Assembly (NCBI GenBank): GCA_044345405.1
Contig: JBIJBE010000012.1
Coordinates: 20,918-84,917, forward strand
From: Bdellovibrionota bacterium
GTDB lineage: Bacteria > Bdellovibrionota_C > UBA2361 > OMII01
Reading direction: 5' to 3'
Length of the DNA stretch: 64,000 bases
Shown here: positions 29,825-39,340 of the stretch, one piece after another
Layout of the letters: every line of letters starts with the position of its first letter
Position numbering within the stretch: the stretch's first letter is position 1
The notes under the pieces: model-generated
Database searches by the model: none
What the model was told of the DNA's origin: nothing
The model's input: only the letters and a program-made list of their open reading frames with translations
Position numbers and translations under genes: made by a program

Positions 29825-30721
29825 TTATCGCTGGGGCTTGTTTGAGCCCACGGAGTCCTCAGGCACAAGCTTACCACCTATAATGAGGTAGTTACGCCCC
29901 CCGAAGGTGATTCGCCCCTCCCTTGGGGGCCCCGAGACGGCTTGGGGTGTCGCCAAACCAAACACAGCGTCGAGGGTCACTGTCTGACTATCAGCAGACT
30001 CAACGGTGTCCTCGTCTCCACGCAGGGCGAGACTCATGACACCCGCTGTAGAGGCGAGCTGTATCTTGGTTGCCTCCTCAACGGTAACCATGATGGTGAT
30101 AGTTGTCGATCCCGCGCCTTTGACTGCCCGCGTACCACCGACCTTACCGGTCGAGAGAACCTTCGCATTCTGAGCGAGAAGCGTTATGACCGGCTTGTTA
30201 GATATTTGCGAAGCCAACATAACGTCCACCTTAGCCCCAGCTCGAACCCATCCCTCGACATTCGACACGTCATCAACGGAGACCGATACGGCTCTGAAAC
30301 CCTCGGGGATATTAGCTTGTATCTCATTCACCGGAGCTTTCGTGGTGATGTATTCGGCAAGAAGTGGCTGACCAGCCGCGATAAACGAGGCCGCGTACGC
30401 TCCCCGAAGCTTCTCAAAACTCGTAACGACCGACGCGCCACCACTAATAACAGGCCGAGTCTCCTTCTTGAATCGAGAGGGATCCAGCGGCGTACCAGGC
30501 TCGATCTTTTCGGTAGCCACGAGACAATCGACCAATTCGACCACGGGCGCGGGCAAAGGTGTTGGGGTTGGAGGGGCAACAGGCGCCTGTTCGACCGACA
30601 TAGATTGAACGACGAAAATAGCGCCTACGATCACAAGCAACGATGCGCCCAAAAGAGCCACACGCAGCGGCTCGTTTCCCTTTTTCCGACTAAAACCGCC
30701 TGCGGGTTTGACTGGAGGCAT
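29825..30721 (-). CDS. cpaB: Flp pilus assembly protein CpaB/RcpC
   Basis: TM anchor, SAF domain, IPEGFRAVSVSVDDVSNVEGWVRAGAKVDV, QNAKVL and SLALR. Confidence 0.93.
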   Translation of the reverse strand: MPPVKPAGGFSRKKGNEPLRVALLGASLLVIVGAIFVVQSMSVEQAPVAPPTPTPLPAPVVELVDCLVATEKIEPGTPLDPSRFKKETRPVISGGASVVTSFEKLRGAYAASFIAAGQPLLAEYITTKAPVNEIQANIPEGFRAVSVSVDDVSNVEGWVRAGAKVDVMLASQISNKPVITLLAQNAKVLSTGKVGGTRAVKGAGSTTITIMVTVEEATKIQLASTAGVMSLALRGDEDTVESADSQTVTLDAVFGLATPQAVSGPPREGRITFGGRNYLIIGGKLVPEDSVGSNKPQR

Positions 30722-30850
30722 CTAGTTCTCTCTGGGGTCTTGTGCTTGTTGACCAAGCGAAGGAATCAATCGCGAAAAACTGGTAGTGGCAATGCCGACC
30801 TGAACAGGTTAGCTCCCGGTACCAGACTCAAAAAACCGCGGATAACCCCG

Positions 30851-30895
30851 AATAAAAAATGCTGACGGCACTCTCGTTGTACTCGAGTGCCGTCA
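30851..30895 (-). terminator. Intrinsic terminator/stabilising hairpin after flp
   Basis: Perfect 11-bp stem TGACGGCACTC/GAGTGCCGTCA followed by GCATTTTTTATT on the minus strand. Confidence 0.75.
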
Positions 30896-30919
30896 TGCTG
30901 AAACCAAAGACAGGTTCAG

Positions 30920-31099
30920 TTATCCGGTGATCTGATTGCTCAAGGCGCTGAATTGCTGGCTAATTGTATTTCCGAGGCTTCGGATAGCTACGATAGCGAT
31001 GATTGCGATGAGCGCCACAAGCAGCGCGTACTCAACCAACGAAGCTCCCTTCTCAGCCTTCTTCACGCTCTTTGCCTGCTCTACCTTAACTATTTCCAT
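30920..31099 (-). CDS. flp: Flp/Fap-family pilin (Tad-type)
   Basis: Prepilin site KG|ASLVEYALLVALIAIIAI with the E5-Y6 Flp motif; GGAG RBS before ATG 31099. Confidence 0.95.
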   Translation of the reverse strand: MEIVKVEQAKSVKKAEKGASLVEYALLVALIAIIAIVAIRSLGNTISQQFSALSNQITG

Positions 31100-31168
31100 C
31101 TTTATCTCCATAAACAAAACGTAGCTCAGTTGGGCAAGTGGGGCCTGCGCACGAAGCTGTAGACATCT

Positions 31169-31197
31169 ATGCTAAACACGAAGGGAAAATCGAGCAA
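31169..31197 (-). promoter_or_regulatory. Putative sigma70-type promoter for flp
   Basis: TTGCTC-N17-TAGCAT about 70 bp upstream of the pilin ATG. Confidence 0.45.
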
Positions 31198-31215
31198 GCG
31201 GTTTTTTGTAGGGGC

Positions 31216-32484
31216 TTAACCTACGGTACCATCTCGCTTTCGCGAGAAGATACGCTGGAACCACCTTGGGGCCCCTGCCTCCCCCGAGACGTCAGCCTCG
31301 GGAGCCACCTCTCCCGCTTCAATCTCTCCCAAGAGACCTAATTCCTTAGCCGCCACTTCGAAGGTTTGCCGAATCGCCTTTCCACCCATACTATAGAGCG
31401 TTTTACCACTACCTGGCCAAAGGGTTCCCTTGGTATCCCTCGGCAAGGGAGCCATTCGCCACGGTCGATCGCCCAATCTATGCGCCGGCTCAAGCTCGGC
31501 AGCAATCTGCTCAACGCTTGAGATCGCCCCCGCCGTGGGATTAACGAGGAAGCAAATCCGCTCAGGACTGCCCACGACCGATTTAACGAAGGAGAGAAAG
31601 AGGTCAACGGCGGTAACGCCCAGAACGGAGTCATCGATCACCACCAGAACGATATCGGCGTTCCGTATCAACGCTCCGGTCGCCGGCCCTAATCTACCGG
31701 CCGTATCGATGATGACAACATCGTTATCAGCCCTTGCAACTTCAGCTATTCGCTGGGCTATGGCCATACTCTCCGTGTGACACACGAGGTCCATGGACTC
31801 CGCTAAACGATCGGGGGTCGTAAGAACCGCCACATCGTTACTAATTGGAATCACGGCTGTCCTCAGGGTGTCTCGATTTATCTCCTGCTCTCCGCTCACC
31901 CACCCGCTCACGACCCGCGCCTCGTCGCCGCTCACCTTGAGCGCCCGACTGAGGTCTCGAGTCTCTACGTCGAGATCCCATATTAATGTGCGTCGCCCGA
32001 ACTGACCACAAACGTCGGCAAGGGCGGCCGCTACCGAAGTCGCGCCGACGCCACCTTTCGCGTGAGCGACAACAACAACTTTACCCTCATGAGTTCGCCC
32101 TTCGCGGCGAAACTCTGTATTGATCGCGACAAGCTCTTGTAGAAAATCAAGTGGACTTCCACCTTCAGGGAAGACCTTGCGAACCCCTGCCGAGTGGGCG
32201 AGTCGAAACGCGCCACCACCGTAGGCGTCATCAGTGACAAACATGATCAATTGGGGGCGAGGTGAGAGTGCGTTAGCTTGATGAGCGAGCGCCAAACCCG
32301 CTTCGCCCATACCCGAACCTATCACCACCACATCAGCGTCAGCGGCACGGTCAGCGAAATCCTTGTCGCTAACGAGCTTAACCTTCAGATCAAGCATTTC
32401 CAAGTCGCCCCGACTGAAGGACTCGATGCGCTTCGCGCATCGCGCTTGAGCCTCTGTTGTCTTATCAACGATGAGCAGTTTCAT
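31216..32484 (-). CDS. cpaE: CpaE/TadZ-family pilus localisation protein (atypical receiver plus MinD-like ATPase)
   Basis: MKLLIVD receiver-like start, deviant Walker A KGGVGAT, WDLD and VVIIDT; adjacent to flp. Confidence 0.85.
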   Translation of the reverse strand: MKLLIVDKTTEAQARCAKRIESFSRGDLEMLDLKVKLVSDKDFADRAADADVVVIGSGMGEAGLALAHQANALSPRPQLIMFVTDDAYGGGAFRLAHSAGVRKVFPEGGSPLDFLQELVAINTEFRREGRTHEGKVVVVAHAKGGVGATSVAAALADVCGQFGRRTLIWDLDVETRDLSRALKVSGDEARVVSGWVSGEQEINRDTLRTAVIPISNDVAVLTTPDRLAESMDLVCHTESMAIAQRIAEVARADNDVVIIDTAGRLGPATGALIRNADIVLVVIDDSVLGVTAVDLFLSFVKSVVGSPERICFLVNPTAGAISSVEQIAAELEPAHRLGDRPWRMAPLPRDTKGTLWPGSGKTLYSMGGKAIRQTFEVAAKELGLLGEIEAGEVAPEADVSGEAGAPRWFQRIFSRKRDGTVG

Positions 32485-32496
32485 CTTTTGACTCTC

Positions 32497-33888
32497 TTAA
32501 AAATGCCATTTAGCTAACAACGACGGAGCAAACAACTTGAGAAACATAAAGCCACACCCGATACCTACTGCTGCCGCGAAGATAAGCACAAGGATTTCAC
32601 CCCAGTGAGAATCCTTTTCACTGTTTCGGCGCGGCCCGCTTCTCGAGCGCGCAGGGCGGAACTCCGCGGACCTCTCCTTTACGTTAGCCTCTTGGAAATT
32701 AGACACAAGAGGCTCTGACGCGGAATAGGGAACATCTGTTTCAACAGGGGCGTTACTGAGTGGCTCCTCGAGCCCACGACCCTCACTTACGCGAGACCGC
32801 CCCGCCACCTGATGGGAGTGGTTGGCATACCCCTCTGGCTCAACGCTCCGCATACCAACGTTTGAGACGCCAGCCTCTTCAAAGCCTCCCCGAGAATCCT
32901 CTCCCTCTCCGTGAGAGCTCCGCATCATTCCCGCTCGCTCTCCATCACTGACCGCCTCTGAGGGAGTAGCGCGTCGTTGAGAAACCGAGGATGAGTGTCC
33001 GGCGTTTCCTGGGGAAACCACAACCCCGCCATCGAGATCCATCTCTACCGCCAGACTCTGCAAATCGCGAAACATGTCGATTGACGCTTGGTATCGCTTC
33101 TCTGGTTCTCGCTGCATCGCCTTCAGGATGATTCGATCGAGCTCTGGTGGGCATTCCTCGCGCAAAGAGCTAGGCGGAGCTGGATCTGTCTTAAGACGCT
33201 TCGTCATGGTCGCGTAGACGCTCTCGCCCTTGAATGGAGAATCTCCGGTTACCATCTCATACGCCAAGATTCCAAGCGCGTAGATGTCGGACCTCCAGTC
33301 GACCTGAGATTTTAACATATACTCGGGCGCCACATAGTCTATGGTCCCGACCACGCCTCCGTGCTCGGTCAACTTAGGTCCGTGGCGATTACGAGCTATG
33401 CCGAAATCCGCGATCTTTACGTTCCCCTCAGCTGTAAGAAGAATATTTTCCGGTTTTAAATCACGGTGCACTATCCCCGCGTCGTGAATCGCCTGACACC
33501 CGGCGGACATCTGGCTCAGGATCCGCATTATCTCTGGGATCGGAATCCGCTCATCCGAACCGAGCTTCGACGCGAGATCTCCACCACCAACGAATTCCAT
33601 CGTATATGCGACAAAGTCTCGATCCGTAAGGTACTCGTAGGCTCTCACAACATTGGGATGCGATACCTCATACGCGGCAAGGATCTCATTCTTGAATCGC
33701 GCCGCCGCGACCTTATCCGTGGCGACCTCCGGGAACAACACCTTCATCGCGACGATCTGGCCTTGCAGCACCTGATTCTTACACGCGTACACCGATCCCA
33801 TACTGCCGGAGCCGAGGCACTTCACGACCTCGTACTTCCCGCCAATGACGGCACCCGGTTGTAGGTTTATGGTGTGCTCTTCACTCAT
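32497..33888 (-). CDS. Hanks-type Ser/Thr protein kinase with a C-terminal membrane anchor
   Basis: GSGSMG, VAMK, HRDLKPEN, DFG, YVAPE and SDIYALG all intact; terminal TM. Confidence 0.96.
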   Translation of the reverse strand: MSEEHTINLQPGAVIGGKYEVVKCLGSGSMGSVYACKNQVLQGQIVAMKVLFPEVATDKVAAARFKNEILAAYEVSHPNVVRAYEYLTDRDFVAYTMEFVGGGDLASKLGSDERIPIPEIMRILSQMSAGCQAIHDAGIVHRDLKPENILLTAEGNVKIADFGIARNRHGPKLTEHGGVVGTIDYVAPEYMLKSQVDWRSDIYALGILAYEMVTGDSPFKGESVYATMTKRLKTDPAPPSSLREECPPELDRIILKAMQREPEKRYQASIDMFRDLQSLAVEMDLDGGVVVSPGNAGHSSSVSQRRATPSEAVSDGERAGMMRSSHGEGEDSRGGFEEAGVSNVGMRSVEPEGYANHSHQVAGRSRVSEGRGLEEPLSNAPVETDVPYSASEPLVSNFQEANVKERSAEFRPARSRSGPRRNSEKDSHWGEILVLIFAAAVGIGCGFMFLKLFAPSLLAKWHF

Positions 33889-33900
33889 ACAAGCGGACGA

Positions 33901-35133
33901 CTATCCCTCCTCCACCTCGCCAACGACGAGGAGGACATGAAACTTTCGATCTCCAAAGAACAGTACGTCCCCATGAGACAAGGAGCTCTTCTCGCCTGAG
34001 AGGAACTCCTCTTCCCTTTGACCGACACGTTTGACACGAGTGCCGGACTCAGAGAGTTGATCCAAAACCTGCAGACTACCGCCCGCGGCTACTCGCATGA
34101 TGGCGTGCATTGGAGAAACGGAATCTCCGACAACAACGAGACAATTTCCCGAATCCTCGCGTTGATTCGAGACCATGAGGCGCCCCTGGCGAAGCTCCAC
34201 ATACGTTCCGTTCGAATCATGGTCATAGGTCACTAGAAATCCAACGAGCGGTGACTCGCTCTTCCAGTAAATCTGATCTCGTGGTTCGCTCATAAGCTCA
34301 GCGTCCGGCGCCTCTTGATAGGTACTCGTTTTCAGTTCAGATGGAAAAACCTGCCCCTCTCTAGATTGGACCGCCGGCGCCGCCGTTTGATGGAGCGAAG
34401 GTGGAATTATGAGGCGCTCGTTCGGCACGGCCCTCTCATCCTCTCGCACGGCCGTTGGCGTCGGTGGGGACTCCTCGACGACGGGATCGAGATTCGGCAC
34501 ATCCTCAAAGGTGTCCTCAAGGTCACTATCACTGAGAACCGGGGACGCCTCCGCCGACATTTGCGGATCTCGCGGCTCCTCTTCATGCTCCATGGCGGCG
34601 AATGGATCAAAGAGGTCGGTCGCGACAACCTGGACGGGCGGATTGAGGATCCCAGAGGGAGAGCGTACGATCTTCGGGGCCGCAACCTGAGCTGACGCGG
34701 CAGGAGGCGGCTCAAAAACATCAAGCACTGATTGGAAATCATCATCAAGCCCCAGATCCCTCATGAGGGTCGATGAAGCGTCTTTCGAGCCGGATTCCCC
34801 CGCGGTGACCCGCTCGACGGTCTCCTGGGCTTCGGTAGCTCTGGTATCCTCATGCATAGTCCCAAAGATCTCATCAAGGCTCTGGAAATCATCATGGTGA
34901 GAGACTGGCGTGACAAACTCGTCCTGCTCAAGAGTATCAAGTCCGAGCGGATCGAGATCTCGCGCGTGAGGTTCTCCGCGAGAACCAAGCGGCTCGATAG
35001 GAGTAGCCCGCTCAACAGTCGCGCCGAGCGTGGAAACCCGTTCAGCTCCGATAATCATAGTGCGATTGCGAGCCCGCGTTCCCGCTGGAAGGCCCTTATC
35101 TCCGCTCCCTGGTCGCCCTGTGTCATCTTTCAT
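33901..35133 (-). CDS. Protein with a long acidic disordered region and a C-terminal FHA-like domain
   Basis: LVGFLV, VSPMHA, DQLSESGT and LSHGDVLFFG match FHA strand spacing; located between phosphatase and kinase. Confidence 0.75.
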   Translation of the reverse strand: MKDDTGRPGSGDKGLPAGTRARNRTMIIGAERVSTLGATVERATPIEPLGSRGEPHARDLDPLGLDTLEQDEFVTPVSHHDDFQSLDEIFGTMHEDTRATEAQETVERVTAGESGSKDASSTLMRDLGLDDDFQSVLDVFEPPPAASAQVAAPKIVRSPSGILNPPVQVVATDLFDPFAAMEHEEEPRDPQMSAEASPVLSDSDLEDTFEDVPNLDPVVEESPPTPTAVREDERAVPNERLIIPPSLHQTAAPAVQSREGQVFPSELKTSTYQEAPDAELMSEPRDQIYWKSESPLVGFLVTYDHDSNGTYVELRQGRLMVSNQREDSGNCLVVVGDSVSPMHAIMRVAAGGSLQVLDQLSESGTRVKRVGQREEEFLSGEKSSLSHGDVLFFGDRKFHVLLVVGEVEEG

Positions 35134-35145
35134 AAGCAGCTCCCT

Positions 35146-36144
35146 CTACAAATTCCTTAAAACCCTGAGATAGAAAAATAGTGCCACCGCCCCCAAAGAC
35201 GCCCCCACGGCGACGATGCTCGCGGTCACCATGTGGTAAATGAGGGAACGCCGCCACCAATCCCCGATTCGGCGGCTTCGCTCCCGACTCGCGATCTCTC
35301 GTCCCCAGGTGGGGGATTCCTCAGTTCGCAGATGCCCGTGAAGGGGAATTATTGAGATCGTTATGTTGTCGAACCCTCCCCTAGTATTCGCGAGCTGAAT
35401 TAACTCGGCGCACGCTTTGCGAGGAGCCAGCACAGTGACGATTCGACGAATCTCCTCCTCACTGACCAAGCTGTAGAGACCATCGGAGCACAGAACCAAG
35501 AGGTCAGACGCGCCTCCCCGCTCCAACGGCCAGATCCAATATCGATTCACATCGACCGTCACATCAGGAGAGGAACCAAGACATTGCGTGAGCACATGGG
35601 ACCGTGGATGCGTCAACGCCTCTTCTCGGGTTATCTCATTTCGGTCAACGAGTTGCTGCACATACGTATGGTCAACGGTGAGTTGCTGGATGCCTTCCTC
35701 GTGAACAAGGTACGCTCGCGAGTCCCCGACATGCGCGATGGCTACCGCGGAGTCCTCTATCAACGCCCCAACGATGGTGGTCCCCATCTCCTTGAAACGT
35801 TGACTCTGGCGGCGAAGCATGATCGTTCTGTTGGCTTCCTCGCAGGCGTTTCTCAGCGCTTCAACAACGTCCCCGTGATGTTCGGCCGTTAGAAATCTTC
35901 GAACCGCGTCAACACTGATCTGCGCGGCGAACTCTCCACCCTCCGCACCTCCCATTCCATCAAGCACGAGGAAGCACACACCCCGCTCGGTAGCGATCGT
36001 CGCGCACCTATCCTCATTCTCGGAGCGCTCAACTCCGACGTCGCTCATGGCGGCATGAACGAGCGGCTCGTCGATGACGGGGCTCGCGCGCTTGCGCTTA
36101 TTTTTGCTCGACTCGCTCTGTGCTTGCATTACGTTGCGGTCCAT
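35146..36144 (-). CDS. PP2C-family Ser/Thr phosphatase (Stp1/PrpC-like) with a C-terminal TM
   Basis: SDVG..R..NED, LDGMGG, MGTT, HVGDSRAY, LTVDH, LCSDGL and GGFDNIT. Confidence 0.95.
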   Translation of the reverse strand: MDRNVMQAQSESSKNKRKRASPVIDEPLVHAAMSDVGVERSENEDRCATIATERGVCFLVLDGMGGAEGGEFAAQISVDAVRRFLTAEHHGDVVEALRNACEEANRTIMLRRQSQRFKEMGTTIVGALIEDSAVAIAHVGDSRAYLVHEEGIQQLTVDHTYVQQLVDRNEITREEALTHPRSHVLTQCLGSSPDVTVDVNRYWIWPLERGGASDLLVLCSDGLYSLVSEEEIRRIVTVLAPRKACAELIQLANTRGGFDNITISIIPLHGHLRTEESPTWGREIASRERSRRIGDWWRRSLIYHMVTASIVAVGASLGAVALFFYLRVLRNL

Positions 36145-36537
36145 TCAAGTCACGGGACTCATTCATCGATCCAGTCTCAACGAGTGAGGTGACGGAGCCC
36201 ACCGGCGCCGTCCGCGCAAACACCCCTGGATCGTTAAAAGTTTCCCTGCGTTGGGGGTCGGCACGAATCAAAAGGGGCTAAATAGTTTAAGGCCCTTGAG
36301 CTACGGAAAACCTCTAAAAATAACACTGGTTTGAGAAGAGTCGGTTCGCCGTCGCGATATCGATATCGGAACGCATAGGGCTTCGAACAGAAAACACAAA
36401 CAATCTTAGGCTATTGTCGCGATACAAGCGGTTCCCCCGCAAGGAGATGAGCCGTTCGCCCTTTGCGCTTCCCAAGCCGAGTGCCCTATAACCCTCACCA
36501 GAACATCGTCTATAAACCAGCTGATTGAACCACTCTC

Positions 36538-36771
36538 GTGAACGCATCCACCCCGCAAAAACTCTCGTTGCTGCTCCTCTGTTTCGTCGTTATCGCGTTA
36601 CTTGCTCCCTATGCGGGCTGCAACGGGCTCACCGTTGAATCAGATAGTCCTCCTACCCACTCAACAAGCAAGCAGGAGCGAATCGCTCCCTCCCGCACCG
36701 CGCGATCTACGGATAAGATTCCAAGAGGGAATCAGCCGCTGGACCAAATCGAGGATATCTTGTCGAACTAA
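36538..36771 (+). CDS. Putative small lipoprotein
   Basis: Hydrophobic N-terminus ending YAGC (lipobox-like); fills the gap before pduO. Confidence 0.45.
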   Translation: MNASTPQKLSLLLLCFVVIALLAPYAGCNGLTVESDSPPTHSTSKQERIAPSRTARSTDKIPRGNQPLDQIEDILSN

Positions 36772-36943
36772 CGCCACAACCTCCCCTAAACCCGAACAAA
36801 AACGGCAAATAAGCCCACCGAGTCGAGAGATACTCCGGTCCATGGATGGGAACTTATCGCTGTTTATGTGATAGAATAACTCATCGACGCCGCCCATCGG
36901 AGCAACGACTACACCGAGGCCCTAGTTTTTCCAGCGAGAAGAG

Positions 36944-37531
36944 ATGGTAACCCTAAATAAGATCTATACGAGGACGGGAGATGACGGAACCACAGGTCTC
37001 GTCGGTGGAGCTAGAATAAAGAAGAACGCCATCCGCGTATCGGCCTACGGCGATATCGACGAACTCAACAGCCACCTTGGGTTGTGCGTAACGCTGTGCG
37101 TCGAGAGCATCTTTCAACCTCTGCGCGACAAACTCACGATCATTCAAAACGAATTATTCGATATCGGCTCAGAGCTCGCGTCACCCGCGGGAACAACGAG
37201 TCCCTCAATTCCCACGACGACCCCACCACAGGTAGATCGACTGGAGAGTTGGATAGACGAGCTGAATAACTCCCTCCCTACTCTGCAATCGTTCGTTTTG
37301 CCGGGCGGTACGCTCCTCAACGCGCATCTCCATATCGCGAGAACCGTATGTCGTCGGGGCGAACGAGCGGTATTGGAGCTGCACGAGTCGGAGCCCGTCA
37401 ACGAGCACACACGACACTACCTCAACAGATTAAGCGACCTGCTGTTCGTCATGAGTCGCTCCGCCGCGACCTTAGCTGGAAATAAGGAATTCCTGTGGGT
37501 GCCCGGCGCGTCAAGGCTCGCAAAGCCTTAG
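36944..37531 (+). CDS. pduO: ATP:cob(I)alamin adenosyltransferase, PduO type
   Basis: KIYTRTGDDGTT, YGDIDELNS, QNELFDIG, FVLPGG, ARTVCRRGER and YLNRLSDLLF. Confidence 0.95.
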   Translation: MVTLNKIYTRTGDDGTTGLVGGARIKKNAIRVSAYGDIDELNSHLGLCVTLCVESIFQPLRDKLTIIQNELFDIGSELASPAGTTSPSIPTTTPPQVDRLESWIDELNNSLPTLQSFVLPGGTLLNAHLHIARTVCRRGERAVLELHESEPVNEHTRHYLNRLSDLLFVMSRSAATLAGNKEFLWVPGASRLAKP

Positions 37532-37542
37532 TGGAGAAAAAA

Positions 37543-37992
37543 TCACATCGAGGGGCCAACCCCGAGCCGATGGGTGAAAACGAGTCCACCACCAAGATAA
37601 CCAACGAAGAGCGTCAACCCGAGCTGCACGATGAGGGTGACGCTGTAAAGGAGCGAAAGAACCCTCTTTCCATGGGTCGCTCGCGCCTCCAGCCATGCGA
37701 ACGTCCCGAGAAGGAGCGCGTTCACGAGCAAGAGACGTCCGTAGGCATGATGAGTACCGAGCGCGGCTTGAACATGCGTGGGAAGATCCCCCAAGGGACT
37801 ACTCGCTTGATACCCCGAAAAGAAGGCGAAGCTGGAAGAGAGAACGACTGCGAGGATCGCCACACTTCGAGTAGCTCCCAGATAGTGACGCCATCTCGTT
37901 CCCGTTCTCGCGAGCTCAACACAGCAGAGCATCACGATAAACGCGAGAGGCATACCACTCAGGGGAGGGTGAAGAGCTACCATGCAGAGCAA
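37543..37992 (-). CDS. DUF2231-like four-TM membrane protein
   Basis: N-terminal LHP....P motif, conserved His residues, C-terminal GYLGGGLVF.H..G. Confidence 0.7.
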   Translation of the reverse strand: MLCMVALHPPLSGMPLAFIVMLCCVELARTGTRWRHYLGATRSVAILAVVLSSSFAFFSGYQASSPLGDLPTHVQAALGTHHAYGRLLLVNALLLGTFAWLEARATHGKRVLSLLYSVTLIVQLGLTLFVGYLGGGLVFTHRLGVGPSM

Positions 37993-38043
37993 ACTTTGTG
38001 ATACGAGCGCGCCACGATGTCACGCTTCGCAAGCATCGTAGCC

Positions 38044-39195
38044 TTACGCCGAGCGTTTGAGAAGGACCACCGTAACGTCATCGCGAATAAGCCGTTCACC
38101 CCGGAAGGTATCAAAGGCGTCGAGAACGGTGCGCAACATATCAGCGCTCGACTGCTCCGCGGAGGTACCGCGCAACGCCGTGGCCAGTCTATCGATTCCA
38201 AACGCCTCTCCTGAGAGGTCCTGCGCCTCGGTAATTCCGTCAGTAAACATGATGAGGGTATCTCCGACCTCAAGTCGATCCTCACAGAGTGAGTAGGTTG
38301 AATCCTCGAAGAATCCGACAGCGAAACCCTCTCCTAGCAAACGCGCCACCTCGTTGGTGGCCCGTCGCAGCCGCAGCGCGGGCGGGTGTCCCGCGCGAGA
38401 CCATACAAGCTGTCCCGTCGCAGGGTCGTACAACAAGCTTCCCATCGTTACAAATCGACCTTGCGGTATCTGAGGCGCGAGCAAACGATTCATCCCTTCA
38501 AGCAGCTCATCTGGCCGCTCCTTGGCGGCCGCTGTCATAGCGAGTTTCGCCATACTTCCAATGAAAGCGGCGGAGAGCCCGTGTCCAGACACATCCGCGA
38601 TCTGAAGAGAGATCCGCCCTGAGCTGCTCGTGTTGGCGAAGTACCAGTCCCCTCCCACCTCATCGAGAGGCTGATACGAGACGGCAAGCTCCATGCGCGG
38701 GTCACGCGGAAGGACACGAGGCAACAAACTTTCTTGAATAGCGCGCGCTTCGTCGAGCTCCTTTTTAAAGCGGGAGTTATGGTCACGGAGATTAGCGTTA
38801 ATCTCAGCGAGGCTACTCTTCTTCTCGTCGGTACCGGCGATCTTCCTTAGGCGCAAGGTGAGCGCGATTCGACTTGCCAGCGCGCCTACCGAAAAGGGTG
38901 GATGTACAACCTCAACCGCGCGAGCGAGGTCTTCACTCTGCTCCGCGTCCAAAACATCATCAGAGATACACACGATAGGAACGGAACGAGTATTCTGTTG
39001 CGCTCGAAAGAACGCGCATATGCCGTTCGGGTCATCGATCGCTCGACAGTCGATAAGAATGAGATCCATTGAGCTCTTAGAAACAGCTTCCGAAAGCGAC
39101 ACGCCCTGATGTGGCTGGGTGATTGAGTAGCCCAACCTATTGAGAAATGTGGGAAGGGTGTCGTTGTCCCCTCCAAGAAAGAATATCGAGTCCAT
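38044..39195 (-). CDS. RsbU/SpoIIE-type PP2C phosphatase with an N-terminal receiver-like domain
   Basis: ARAIQESLLP, EVGGDWY, IADVSGHG, AGHPP, FTDGITEA and DDVT; N-terminal DLILID. Confidence 0.92.
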   Translation of the reverse strand: MDSIFFLGGDNDTLPTFLNRLGYSITQPHQGVSLSEAVSKSSMDLILIDCRAIDDPNGICAFFRAQQNTRSVPIVCISDDVLDAEQSEDLARAVEVVHPPFSVGALASRIALTLRLRKIAGTDEKKSSLAEINANLRDHNSRFKKELDEARAIQESLLPRVLPRDPRMELAVSYQPLDEVGGDWYFANTSSSGRISLQIADVSGHGLSAAFIGSMAKLAMTAAAKERPDELLEGMNRLLAPQIPQGRFVTMGSLLYDPATGQLVWSRAGHPPALRLRRATNEVARLLGEGFAVGFFEDSTYSLCEDRLEVGDTLIMFTDGITEAQDLSGEAFGIDRLATALRGTSAEQSSADMLRTVLDAFDTFRGERLIRDDVTVVLLKRSA

Positions 39196-39340
39196 GCGCC
39201 GTTCCCTATCCCTCTGGAAAGCCCCAGGCCTCTGAGGTGTCGGCGTTTTTCCTACCAACCTCGAGATTTGCGGTCGCTATTACCCTCTTTTTCAGACTGG
39301 ACGGGAGATAGTCGTTGTAACTACCTGAATAATCGGCCGG

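Noticed and set aside
30863-30895. CIRCE (HrcA) operator, suggested by GCACTC...GAGTGC
   Set aside because: Spacer is 11 nt rather than 9, the TTA/TAA ends are missing, and it lies 3' of flp with a U-tract, so it is better explained as a terminator
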